A stretch of 64,000 nt of DNA, from the NCBI GenBank assembly GCA_951804945.1, contig OX638155.1, positions 57,722,001 to 57,786,000 on the forward strand, written 5' to 3'. Source of the DNA: Podarcis cretensis (lineage: Eukaryota). Position numbers and translations under genes: made by a program. The notes beneath the pieces were generated by a model, which worked only from the letters and a program-made list of their open reading frames with translations, searched no databases and was not told the origin of the DNA. Position 1 is the stretch's first letter. Every line of letters begins with the position of its first letter. Below, one piece after another: positions 51,660-63,808 of the stretch.

Positions 51660-52701
51660 TCAAATTGATAACTTGCATTTTAATACAGATTTATTTATTT
51701 ATTTATTTGAGATCTTATGGGTGGCATCAAACTCTTGTTTCAACCCAGCTGTTAGAGGCACTGGCCAGCAAAAACCTTGGATGCCATTCAGCATATACTA
51801 AGACGTGTTTAGGACCATTATTTCAATAAATATCCAGGGGAACTGTTAAACACTTAAACAAAAAACCAAAATCTAATTGTGTCTATTTAATATCGACATA
51901 TGTGCATTCTAATTTATCTTGCATATTCATTTGCTCATTAGTGACATTTTGCATTATTTGATTAGATTACCTCTCTGCTTCACTCTAGTAATATTAAAAT
52001 GGTTAAATGGTAATAACTGAGTATAAGTTTTGGAATTAACCATCTATAAATATACAGAAATATAACACTTGTTATTTTTTTTTTTGCAGGTAACAGAGAT
52101 AATCAACTGGAGTGGGGACTTTACACATGACTTTTTTTCTATAGGCAAAACATATTGCTACCAGGAAAGTATGCTCACACACCCCATTTTAAGTATTTTT
52201 TCTAAGTACTTTGGCTCCAAATCTCCATTTTGCCTGGGACAGATATGCTAAGTGGTGACTTCATCACACAAGGCAATAAAGGAACATGTGTGCACTAACT
52301 ATTAACATAGGAGGGTTTCCACTTTCTCTTCAGCAGATCTGGGATCTCTGGAATATGCACACAAACCCTGCTCCCCACATCATTTCTAATGAAATTCCCT
52401 CTCGCATGACCTATTGGCATTCCAATTTGGCATTCCAGAGCCCTGGAGAGGGAAAGCACTGGGAAATAATAGTGTAAATAACTGAGGAACCCTTTAGCAT
52501 GAACAATGGTTAGGGATCTCTGCCAAAAGGATGCACAGGCCACATGCTGATCACCCACTACAGAAAATGGAAAACCCCTCTAGCACTATCAATGCCCTCC
52601 TTCAGTTTAGGAGAAACCCCTCCCTCATATGAATGGGCTGATAATACAAATACCCAGCTAGACATGAGGATCTAATCCATTCAGTCTTTTATTTTTGACT
52701 G

Positions 52702-52830
52702 TTCCTGAATACCAGTTGTTGGAAATAATGAGCAGGAAGACTGCTGTGTGCTCTGTTTGCGAGCTTCTCATGGGCATCTAGTTATCCACTGTGAGAACAG
52801 GCTGCTGGGCTGAATGGACCCTGCAGACCT
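52702..52830 (+). mobile_element. Old CR1 3' UTR fragment
   Basis: ctgaataccagttg...gggcatctagttatccactgtgagaacagg, similar to 55010-55140. Confidence 0.6.
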
Positions 52831-53777
52831 CTTTTGGGGTGCTTACGTCTCCTCAGATCTCTCTCCTCCCCACATCCCTGTTCTCCATTTTTGTTACTCT
52901 TTTATTGTTCTCTTAGCACCCATGGGCTTAGGAGAAAACGTCATTTGATGTTCAGGGGAGAGGTGTTGCTTCTAGTACAAAGTGACCTCAGAGCCTTTGA
53001 ACTTCTCTTCCTCCATCTCATTCAATTTCCTAAAGGGAAAAGTTTCTCTAAGAGGAAGTTGCACTGTGCAAGCAGAAATCCTTCTGCTAATGGAACAAGT
53101 TTGTTGGGTACCACCTCATTTGAGAGAAGCTTCTCAAACGAGGTGGTATCTCACTTACTTTTAGGAAAGTTAAAATAAAAGAAGAAAATGGTTTCAAAAC
53201 TCTTGGGACATTCACTCCTACCCAAACTTTGGCCATCACTCTCAAACTTGGAAAGGGAAATCACTTAACATCTTACTGGTAGAAGGTTTAATGACCCCTA
53301 ATTTCTTCTGGTTATTTTTGTAACAAACTACATACTCATTTATTCTAAATTGTGACTTACTGTCCTGTTGCTAAAAAACCCTTCCCAGAAAACCTAGTTT
53401 TTGCCATGGTACATTGTGATTCTTGCTTAAAGATCATGCACAAGCATTAAAGGTGAAGACTACAATTTGTGTATTTTACTTTCTGGAGGACTTGCCTTGG
53501 GAAGTCATGATTGGCAGGGTGCTCCCATTACGCACACCTGATGCAAATGCACACATTGTAATAGACCTGTGACATGTTTTCATGGTTTTTGTAGTTCTTT
53601 GTACACTAATAAAGCTGAAATGTTTTGTGGGAGGCAGCCCAGAGGGATTTTGAGAGGCTGTCAGAGGTGTACACACGGGAATTTGCAAACCACATGAATT
53701 CTAGTTTATTCCACTATTACATTTTAAAATTCTGGAAAACCTATGTTGTTGTCTGACAATTTGATACTAAAGATCTC

Positions 53778-53803
53778 CCTTCCTTCCTTCCTTCCTTCCT
53801 TCC
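53778..53803. repeat. (CCTT)n microsatellite
   Basis: Direct reading. Confidence 0.9.
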
Positions 53804-54410
53804 TGTAATAATATATAGGGTCCTTGATTCCCCCCCCCATAACTCTATAGAATCAAAATTATTTGCAACACAGAGAGCTTATAATTAACCTAATTTCACC
53901 GTGCTTATTGAACAAAATTTATTCATCACAGGGATAAAAATAAAATTGCAGGCTAAGATTCCAGTTGTGGAAACTGGAGCCCAAGTGATTCCTCCTTACC
54001 TTTTATTATGCACTCTATGAATTAGCCCTAGTTTACTAGTTTTTATTGGTGTCAACATATTTTTGAATACTATTAGCATAGCAATCAGGCCTCTTCTCAA
54101 GCTACTGAATAGTGTGTTAACTTCCAAAATAAATAGACATGTGGTGTGAAGGATGAGCTGTCACTTCGAGGAAGGTTTAGTGTTCTAAAGTAAAAGGCAC
54201 CTCTAACTGAAAATGGTAATAGTGGCAGGATTCGGAGAAAATTGAACCACTTTGGGTTGTCTCCAATGGTGTTGCTCAGCTAAATATAGGAGGCAGTAAT
54301 TTTTGACCTGTCCTAGTTTGCTGCAAGCAGAACTATTTCTGCTCTGCTACAATTCAGCTTCCGTTAAAACCTATGTCATTGATCTTGCTATGGGCTATCA
54401 CTGAAATGTA

Positions 54411-54636
54411 CAGTGGTACCTCGGGTTACATACGCTTCAGGTTACAGACTCCACTAACCCAGAAATAGTACCTCGGGTTAAGAACTTTGCTTCAGGATGA
54501 GAACAGAAATCGGGCTCTGGCGGAGCAGCAGCAGTGGGAGGCCCCATTAACTAAAGTGGTGCTTCAGGTTAAGAACAGTTTCAGGTTAAGAACGGACCTC
54601 CGGAATGAATTAAGTACTTAACCTGAGGTACCACTG
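54411..54636. mobile_element. Tc1/mariner-pogo (Tigger-like) MITE
   Basis: TIRs cagtggtacctcgggtta / taacctgaggtaccactg with TA TSD on both sides. Confidence 0.92.
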
Positions 54637-54664
54637 TACACGATTCATTTCAATGCATTTCAAT

Positions 54665-55174
54665 GGCCTTTAGTTTAGAGAAGAGGGGAGTAAGAGGAGA
54701 CATGACAGAGGTGGATGAAATTAAACTTGATGTTGAGAATGTGGACAGAGAATGGTTTGCCTCCCTCTTCATAAAACTAGAACTTGGGGAACTTGAATGA
54801 TGCCTAATGTTGAGAGATTCAGGAAAGACAAAAGAAAGCACCTCTTTACACAGTTCATAATTAAATTATGGAATCTGCTCCCACATGAGGCAATGATGGC
54901 TATCAACTTGAATGGCTTAAAATAGGATTGCACAAATTCATAGAGGATAAGACTATCAATGGTTACTAACTATGAGGGCTATATTCTACCTCCACTATCA
55001 GAGGCAGGAATGCTTCTGAACATCAGTTGCTGGAAGCTGTGGAAGTGGAGAGTGCTTTTGCACTCTGGTCCTGCTTGTGATCTTCCTACATGCATCTGGT
55101 TGGTCACTTTGAGAATAGGATGCTAAACTAGATGGGCTATTAACTTGACCCAGCAAGCTGTTTTTATGTTCTTA
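54665..55174 (+). mobile_element. Old CR1 subfamily 3' fragment
   Basis: tttagtttagagaagagg...gaggagacatga (cf. [12 protein letters not shown]); 3' UTR ending ttatgttctta. Confidence 0.85.
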
Positions 55175-55251
55175 ACTAAATGTTATGGTGTGGCTTATTT
55201 GTAAACCACGTTTTTGACCATAGGACTCCAAATCAGTGAACAGAATATTTA

Positions 55252-55403
55252 GGCAGAGATAGCTCAGTTGTTAGAGCATGGAACTCTTAATCTCACTGTC
55301 ATGGGTTTGAGTGCCACATTGGACAAGATTTCTGCATTGCAGGGGGTTGGACTACATAACTCTCATGGTCCCTTCCAACCCTACAATTTTATGATTCTAT
55401 GAT
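55252..55403 (+). mobile_element. Short SINE: tRNA-Lys(CTT)-derived head plus CR1 3' tail
   Basis: tagctcagttgttagagcatggaactCTTaatctc...gggtttgag...ccacattgg, then ctgcattgcagggggttggact...ttatgattctatga. Confidence 0.85.
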
Positions 55404-55818
55404 ATTAATACAAAAGAAAGATTATACAAAAAATTGGAATAGGTTGATGTTAACAGAAGCTTATTAACACCTGTTTATTGGCCTTCCATCATTGTTGTAA
55501 AGAGTGGACAACAGAGCATGTCTGGATGGATACCACTATATTTGGAAAGAGTTTTGCAAATAGCTACATTTATTTTATCCACTCTCTGCCAAAATGTATT
55601 TTAAATGAGCATGTTCATGGAAACTTCAGGCTACTTTAACCTAAATAAGCTCAATGAAAGCATAATTTCACACAACTGAAAAGTTCAGGCTAAATGAGTA
55701 TGTTTGAATATGTTGGATTGTAAGAAGAAAAAAGCAAAACAGTATTCTGACTCTCTAAGGGTTAAAACTTGAGGCCTGTCTATAGCTCATTTCTATAGTA
55801 ACCACAAGACTTAGGCTT

Positions 55819-56006
55819 NNNNNNNNNNNNNNNNNNNNNNNNNNNNNNNNNNNNNNNNNNNNNNNNNNNNNNNNNNNNNNNNNNNNNNNNNNNNNNNNNN
55901 NNNNNNNNNNNNNNNNNNNNNNNNNNNNNNNNNNNNNNNNNNNNNNNNNNNNNNNNNNNNNNNNNNNNNNNNNNNNNNNNNNNNNNNNNNNNNNNNNNNN
56001 NNNNNN
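55819..56006. other. Assembly gap (N run)
   Basis: Run of N. Confidence 0.99.
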
Positions 56007-56487
56007 GGTGATGCAAATTAACAGTGTGAGATACAGGGAGGCTATGAATAAAATTGCAGTACAGTTTATCTCAAACTAATTTCCCAGATTGCTTTAATAG
56101 GTATGCTGTGTGGATGGGAAGAGCAAATAAAACTGTGTTTTGCTAGTGGTAGTGCTAACAACAATATTTCAAAAAAGTGGGCTGAGTGACTGTTAATTCT
56201 GATGCAGATCAAAATTTACTGCAACGCATTATTGCATGTGGGATGTGACGGCTGACCTGGTGGGGTTCAAAAGATTTACTTTGGGGTTGTGAGGAAAATG
56301 AATATAGTTCTGTTTCCCCTTTTCTAAACAATTATGTTTACTCCTGGTTTAACTACACCCTTCTCAGCATTAAAGGCAGTGAAGACATCTTCTTCTGTCA
56401 AGGATTTCACCCCTCCTCTTTTCATCGCTTAACAATCTAGTGACTTAGCATATGGTTGCAGAATGTATCCTTTTGATTTCAGGAGAG

Positions 56488-56650
56488 GGGAGATTGCAGC
56501 TCAGTAGCAGAGTGCTTGCTTTGCATGCCAGCTCCATCTCCAGTTAAAAGGATCAGGAAGCAGGTGAAGTGAAAGATCTCTGTCTAAGACCCTGGATCAC
56601 TGCTGTCAATCACAGGAGGCAAGTCTGGGACAGATGGGCAAAGAGGGCAG
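56488..56650 (+). mobile_element. Degenerate tRNA-derived SINE
   Basis: gcagctcagtagcagagtgcttgctttgcatg head; gaccctggatcactgctgtcaatc. Confidence 0.55.
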
Positions 56651-56897
56651 CCCCCCTGCCCTTTAGCACGATGTTGCTTTCCTTTGATGATTCTGCCCTG
56701 TAGAATCTGCAGAGTGTTAAACAAGCATCTATCTTTAGACCTCAGTTTATTGTTATAATGTTAAGATTTTACATTGATCAGAATAGTTTGGGGCAAAAAT
56801 ATTCAGATGCTCAAAACTCAGAAGGCAAAAGCTGCAGCTCAGGCTTTATTCATGCATATTATTGTGCTGATTTCAGTGGGATCTATTAGAGTAAACC

Positions 56898-57069
56898 CAG
56901 TGCTTTTTTTCCTAAAAATGTTTAGGGGTACTCTCATTTTGACTCAAGAAAATCACTATTTTATAGTTCAAATCGGGGGAAATAAATACAGTAAGTGGAC
57001 AAAAGTACAAAGATTCACAAAATGTTTAGGGGTATGTCTATCCCTGCGTCCCCCCAGAAAAAAACACTG
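56898..57069. mobile_element. hAT MITE with perfect 8-bp TSD
   Basis: TIRs cagtgcttttttt / aaaaaaacactg; TSD agtaaacc (56890-56897 / 57070-57077). Confidence 0.92.
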
Positions 57070-57358
57070 AGTAAACCACATGCAGTTCTACAGGCTGATC
57101 CTCAGCTACTCGGATATTTGTGACGTGTGCATGGTAGCTGTACGCATTCAGATGGATATGCATGCAGAGCTACTCTCATCAAGGAAATGCAGGAAGTCCT
57201 TCTAGGGAGTAGATGAGCTCAGGAATTGTGTTTGTTTCTTGATCCCTTGTGCAATGACTGGATAAGATTCCACTTGGGTGCTATAGCAACCAGTTATGCT
57301 GATTGCACCACGGATTCTGACATCCAAATCAATCAAATCAACTGATTGAGGACCTATC

Positions 57359-57507
57359 CAGTATGGCTAAGTGCTTTGCACATGTGCCCCCTATATGTTG
57401 ATGCACTAAAACTCCCATCATTGCTGACCATTGCTGACTGTGTTGGCTGGGGCTGATGGGAATTGTAATCTAACAACATCTGGAGGATACCATGTTGGCT
57501 ATCCCTG
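57359..57507. mobile_element. Short palindromic hAT-like MITE (family of 35166)
   Basis: actcccatca...ggctggggctgatgggaattgtaatctaacaacatctggagg...ggctatccctg. Confidence 0.65.
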
Positions 57508-58041
57508 ATGTAGACCACTGAGAATAATATCTTCCTACAATCCTCTTCTGAAATTGATAGTCAAATATATATCAACCTTTTGTAGGGCAGATCACCATAG
57601 ATCTCCACAGTGCAGCAATCTTTTTTATTTGCTTTGTGTGGGTTGGGCAGGGCAAATGGTCACACATGAACCTAATCCTATTTGGAAGTGGACCATGTTT
57701 TAAGAGATGTGCTTTGGTCTTGCTTCTGCACACATTTACCTGGACAAGCTACTCCTTGATTCCTCTAATACCTGGTTAACTTGATTACCAACTCAAGTTG
57801 GGGTTGGGGATGTGACAGTAGAAGAGAAAGTAATATCTCATTGTGTGGTTTAACTTAAGAAATTCAATTGAGAAAGTGGTCACATCAGCACATACATGTG
57901 TCTAACTACTAGACTGGTGGGTTTGGCTCACTGTATTTCATAAAACAGCTACAAACTAACTGTAAATCATCAGCTGTGTGGCTGTGTCAATATGTCCAGG
58001 GTGTTTCTAAGACAGATGTACTTTTATCAAACAGGCAGGCA

Positions 58042-59140
58042 GGTAAAATGTGGACTTGACTATGCTACCACTCAGTGGATTTGTAACTGGCTGACTGACC
58101 GAACCCAAAGGGTGCTCATCAATGGTTCCTCTTCATCCTGGAGAAGAGTGACTAGTGGGGTGCCACAGGGTTCTGTCTTAGGCCTGGTCTTATTCAACAT
58201 CTTTATCAACGACTTGGATGATGGACTCAAGGGCATCCTGATCAAATTTGCAGATGACACCAAACTGGGAGGGGTGGCTAACACCCCAGAGGACAGGATC
58301 ACACTTCAAAATGACCTTGACAGATTAGAGAACTGGGCCAAAACAAACAAGATGAATTTTAATAGGGAGAAATGTAAAGTATTGCACTTGGGCAAAAAAA
58401 ATGAGAGGCACAAATACAAGATGGGTGACACCTGGCTTGAGAGCAGTACATGTGAAAAGGATCTAGGAGTCTTGGTTGACCACAAACTTGACATGAGCCA
58501 ACAGTGTGACGCGGCAGCTAAAAAAGCCAATGCAATTCTGGGCTGCATCAATAGGAATATAGCATCTAGATCAAGGGAAGTAATAGTGCCACTGTATTCT
58601 GCTCTGGTCAGACCTCACCTGGAGTACTGTGTCCAGTTCTGGGCACCACAGTTCAAGAAGGACACTGACAAACTGGAACGTGTCCAGAGGAGGGCAACCA
58701 AAATGGTCAAAGGCCTGGAAACGATGCCTTATGAGGAACGGCTAAGGGAGCTGGGCATGTTTAGCCTGGAGAAGAGGAGGTTAAGGGGTGATATGATAGC
58801 CATGTTCAAATATATAAAAGGATGTCACATAGAGGAGGGAGAAAGGTTGTTTTCTGCTGCTCCAGAGAAGCGGACACGGAGCAATGGATCCAAACTACAA
58901 GAAAGAAGATTCCACCTAAACATTAGGAAGAACTTCCTGACAGTAAGAGCTGTTCGACAGTGGAATTTGCTGCCAAGGAGTGTGGTGGAGTCTCCTTCTT
59001 TGGAGGTCTTTAAGCAGAGGCTTGACAACCATATGTCAGGAGTGCTCTGATGGTGTTTCCTGCTTGGCAGGGGGTTGGACTCGATGGCCCTTGTGGTCTC
59101 TTCCAACTCTATGATTCTATGATTCTATTCTATGATTCTA
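58042..59140 (+). mobile_element. Young CR1 LINE, 5'-truncated, open RT ORF ending at 59050
   Basis: [30 protein letters not shown] motifs; (ATTCTATG)n tail. Confidence 0.97.
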
Positions 59141-59347
59141 ATTTCTCTATGTATGGGATAACCTACAATGTAGGGATGGGAAACTTGTAACCTTCCAGAT
59201 TACATTACATTATAATGTCAATTATCCAGGACCTCTGGCCATTTGAGCTGGGGCTGTAATAGAGATCTGCAGAATATGCACCAGAGGCTGAGGTGTATAT
59301 GAGATGATGGATCTAGAAGCAGCAAAGTTTTTTAAAAAAAGAATTAA

Positions 59348-59349
<2 letters not shown>

Positions 59350-59377
<28 letters not shown>
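59350..59377. repeat. (ATT)n microsatellite
   Basis: Direct reading. Confidence 0.9.
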
Positions 59378-59380
<3 letters not shown>

Positions 59381-60782
59381 ACTAAAGCTTATAAAGCACA
59401 TGGAATTTCTACCCACTGCACAACTCAAAAAATGAACTATTTTGATATTCCTTAGATTCCAATAGGACTATTTGTTTTAATGTGTTTCACATTAACAGGG
59501 ATATTAATTAGTCTGCCAGTCAACTTAGTTTTAGTTGGTGTGAGAAATTAGAATGGAGAAGACACTCAGAAAATTATAGTCTTCAAAAGTATAAGCAGCT
59601 ATTGAGCAACTGAAAGAAACTAGGATGGTGGAATGGAATGTGGCATACAGAATAATTACATGTAATGACAGAAATTAGAATTCTCCATTGTAGATTCTTT
59701 CATAGCCAAACTGGTGCCATTGACACAATATGGAGGCATCAGAAAGTTTATGGGAATCACAAGGTTTAAAGATGGAAGGCCCTCTAAAATGGAGTAAGCT
59801 CAAAAACAGCTCATTGAAGAGTGGCAATGAAATACAAATTCTGTGAGGGGTCTGAGAAGCAGGACAAAAGGGGAAAAGAATGGAATATCTTGAACAGGAG
59901 TATTTTATTACAGGGTCTCCACTTACAGTGCTACTAATACTAATTCTACACAATCACAATAAAATCTCACTATAAATATCCTATAATCCATTGCAATTGT
60001 TTTAACAATTACACTATCAAACTTTATTAATTCATAACATAAGAATGTTCAGAATAGCTTATTTATGGCCTTAAAACACAAAAACATATTAATATTGTCT
60101 TGCTTTTGCCCTTTCTCATACACCAATTAATTTGTTTTGGCATATGGTGAAATATCTTGTGTATCACAACAAAAGCCTGCATTTCTAATTAAAAATACAG
60201 TCTTCGATTTATTCATTTTATGGCCTTAGATTTATTATTATTTTTTAATATTATGCCTAATGGTAAATCGTATTTTTAAAATAAAGGTAAAAAGGTAAAA
60301 GGTAAATATTTTAAAATATACAAATCAAAGCTCATATCTAAAGTTTGCTGTTATGCTAAAGGAAAGAAAAAGAACCCTAGGATAAAATTGTCATTGCAAA
60401 TGTAGGCATTTAATGAAAAGAAGAAGAAGGGTGAAGAGTAATTCTTGCAGTAGGGCAGTAAACATACAGATAAAAAAAAAATCTTCCAGCCATTATTCAA
60501 CACGATTACTATACTCTTACTATTATTAGAACCAATTTACTGCAGTTTTAATAAACTACAGAATCACTTCTATGGCTTTTACTCCAATATCCCTGTAGTT
60601 TCGTTATAACTTTATTAAATGTACTTTTATTATGGAGTAATATAATCCTTGGAGTGAAGGTATAAGGCACAGAACCAATAAAAAAAATTAAAAGTAGAAA
60701 AGTGATTCAAAGTAGAGAAATTGCAGGATTTTTTATGTGACTGTTACTGCAGTTTGTAGAAAGAGATCGAGACAAATTTTCC

Positions 60783-60920
60783 TGTAGCTTTTTGACAGAG
60801 TGCTTGCTCTAAACACATGATGGCCCCAGGTTCAATCCATGTCATCTCCAAGCAGGGCTAGAAATAGTCATGCCTGAAACATGGGGAACCACTGCCAGTC
60901 ACTGAGCCAATATACTGAAC
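60783..60920 (+). mobile_element. Degenerate tRNA-derived SINE fragment
   Basis: cccaggttcaatcc B-box; catctccaagcagggct...cctgaaac...actgccagtca. Confidence 0.65.
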
Positions 60921-62439
60921 AGAAAAGGCAGAGACAGGGGTCATAGGAGTTGTAGTTCATGTTAAGTATAATTGTTTAATTCACGCTGAAATGGAGAATG
61001 CCTGTGTGTATTGCTGAAAGGATTTAACTGGAAGATTCCATTGAAGCTAAAGAAGAGCAAGAAGATCTCTCTAAGCACTTAGTTGGGCTGATAATTAACT
61101 GTTGCTGTAGCTTCTAGTCTGTCATGAGGTGTTTAGCACATGGGAGGCAACTGAATTGCAAATTGCCATCTTGGGTCTTTTGTTCCCAGGCTTCATGGGG
61201 GAAGGATGTGTAAATGACTCACTCCAGGAGCTCAACAGCCTTGGGACTGGAATGCAGGCTAATGGAGCCTGTGTGAGAAAGAGAGCTATGTTGTCAGCTC
61301 TGATGGTAAGTTCTTCTATTTCAAAGAAGTTGAGCTTGTGCTGGACATGCACATGATCTTATGGAACTGTTTGGATGTATCATTTACTGTTTTTTTTTTG
61401 TTCTGTTTTGAATAAAGTTCTGCAAGTAAAGCTTTGAATCATATCTAATGGGTCGTCTGGACAATGTTTCATCTCAAAAGGAGTCCGTTTTTCTGCATCC
61501 AGTTGCTTCATGTTGCACAATAATAATATCTGCAATAGTTCAACATCAGGTTTTCTGCCCCTTGTAAGTAGGGCTACTATTTTACTGAGGCTAAGCAGAT
61601 CTATGTCTGGCCAATTCCGGCACAGGAGATCTCATAGGAACCACATCTAATTTAGGATCCAATCTGGGATTCTGGACCTGCCCAAACTTGGGCACAACCT
61701 GACCCAGATCCAGACCCCAAACCAATATGGCAGCCCTGGTGTTTAATTAGTAGGGCTGTGCATTGCATTTCAGCAGATCCAACTGGGCACTGGCTGAATT
61801 TGGTTGAGACAGCCCCGGATTGCCACTGGTCAGATTGGCCCAACTGGAGAAATATGGTGGGGCATTGAAGGAAGAGAGGCAAGCAGCCTCTGCAAAGAGC
61901 AAGGTAGGGCTGCTTGCAAGAGGACTGTCAAACAGACCTGCACTCTGCTTTGGCTGTGTGTGAGTGTTTCCAGGAGGGGAACATGCACATGTAGCTAGAT
62001 TGAGAAGGATTGGATCCTCTGCTCAGCAGCTGGTGAACAGCACTTTAATTCCTGCTGGCTGCTCTACCAGAGTGCTCCCCTCGTGGAATGCACTGGTGAA
62101 GCAGCATTCAGTAGAGCTGAACTCTCCAGTCACTATTCAGATATTTTAAAATCTTTGGTAAGAATCAAGGGAGGTCTTAAACTCAGAGTTACACCATCAA
62201 TTGTTAGTCCTAGCTTACTCGTATTGCAAATTTCTGCTTTATTTTTTGCATTAGTCATTTTGAAATTTAGGATTGCATCCAGGTGAGGCACTCCACACCT
62301 CTCCCCACCTTCCTACACCTTCCCACACCTCCAATTTCTCCTGGGTTTCCCCCAACCCTCCTGAGCTGATGTGGGGGACCCAGGTAGAGAAACCAAAGAG
62401 AAAGTCCTGTTGCACCAGGAGAGGATAAATGGCTGCTTT

Positions 62440-62442
<3 letters not shown>

Positions 62443-62502
<60 letters not shown>

Positions 62503-62504
62503 AC
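62443..62504. repeat. (CT)n(CA)n compound microsatellite
   Basis: Direct reading. Confidence 0.95.
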
Positions 62505-63164
62505 CTTGTGACCCACTTAGGAGGATTTTTGGATCTGAAAAGCACAATACAAAATAAATAAAATAATTGTCAGCTGTGATATGAGTATTTGCCACAACCT
62601 AAGAAGCTGAGGCATGCAAACTCTGCTGCCCTGTTGCAGAAACTATGATATGACAATCTAAATCCAAATCACTTCTGCTAAGGCTGTTAAACTTTTATAC
62701 AACAGAACTTTGTAATTACTGTAGGAAATGGAATTTTGTTGACTGCTTTGTTTTCCAGCATCATCCCCCGCCCAATGGAAGTTATCGCTGTAATTTCATC
62801 ATCCCTTGGCACTTCAAAAGCAAGTCCATTTAATAGACATTTTGATTGGGCTTTCCTTAACATTTCATTCATTTTTTGAACTGTCTAAAAGTGCTGCATT
62901 TGTTTTCTGAAGTGCCAATAGCCATGTTAGTCCATTGTATCTGACCTCAGCAAAAAGAATTCCTTGCACTGTTGCAATAAATAGATTCCGTTGATTGGAC
63001 TTCTTGTATTTTCAGTTCTGTATTGTCTTCATTGTCTGAGCTAATTACAGGTTGGAAGCATAACAAAAGGCTCATGAACAACTCATTACAACTTTGCCCA
63101 AAGGCAAAATCTGTTGTGTTGGAAAAGAGAGATCACTCCTGGAAAAATCTAATCATAAGTACAA

Positions 63165-63808
63165 AAGAACATAAGAAAAGCCCGTTGGATCAAGCCTGTG
63201 GCCCAATATCCTGTTCTCACAGTGGCAGACCAGATGCCCATGGGAAGTCTGCAAGCTGGACACGAGTTCAACCAGCAACTGGTAATAAGAGGCATAAGGT
63301 CCGTGGAATCAGAACATACAAGCAAAGATCACCAGTGTTGAAGCAATGACTCTTCAACATCAACTTTGTTGGACTGGTCATGTTGGGCGGATGCCTGATG
63401 ATCGTCTTCCAAAGCAACTACTCTATTCCGAACTTAAAAATGGAAAGCGTAATGCTGGTGGTCAACAAAAGAGGTTTCAAGACTGTCTCAAGGCAAATCT
63501 AAAAAAATGTAGTATAAACACTGACAACTGGGAAACACTGGCCTGTGAGCGCTCCAGTTGGAGAACAGCCTTTACCAAAGGTGTCATGGGCTTTGAAGAC
63601 ACTCAAACTCAGGATGCAAGGGAGAAACGTGCTAAGAGGAAGGCACGCTTGGCCACTGATAGCCTTGTTCCTTATTCTACATGAATTTGTTTAATTCAAA
63701 TTGGTGGCCACTGCCACCTCCTGTGGGAGCAAGTTCCATAGTTTATCTGTGAAGAAGTACTTTCCTTTATCTGTCCCGAATCTCCCAGTCTTCAGCTACA
63801 TCGGATGC
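63165..63808 (-). mobile_element. Old CR1 3' fragment interrupted by an RTE fragment
   Basis: agaacataagaa...atcctgttctcacagtggc...gatgccc; resumes gccactgatagcc...gtgaagaagtactttcctttatctgtc. Confidence 0.75.
63323..63652 (+). mobile_element. RTE-clade LINE ORF C-terminal fragment (different family from the BovB copy)
   Basis: QLCWTGHVGRMPDDRLPKQLLYSEL...GGQQKRFQDCLK...WETLACERSSWR. Confidence 0.9.

Noticed and set aside
55253-55325. tRNA-Lys gene
   Set aside because: Broken acceptor and T stems, mutated B-box, directly fused to a CR1 tail; it is a SINE head.
60940-61550. Possible solo LTR
   Set aside because: AATAAA is present but I could not define the termini or a TSD.
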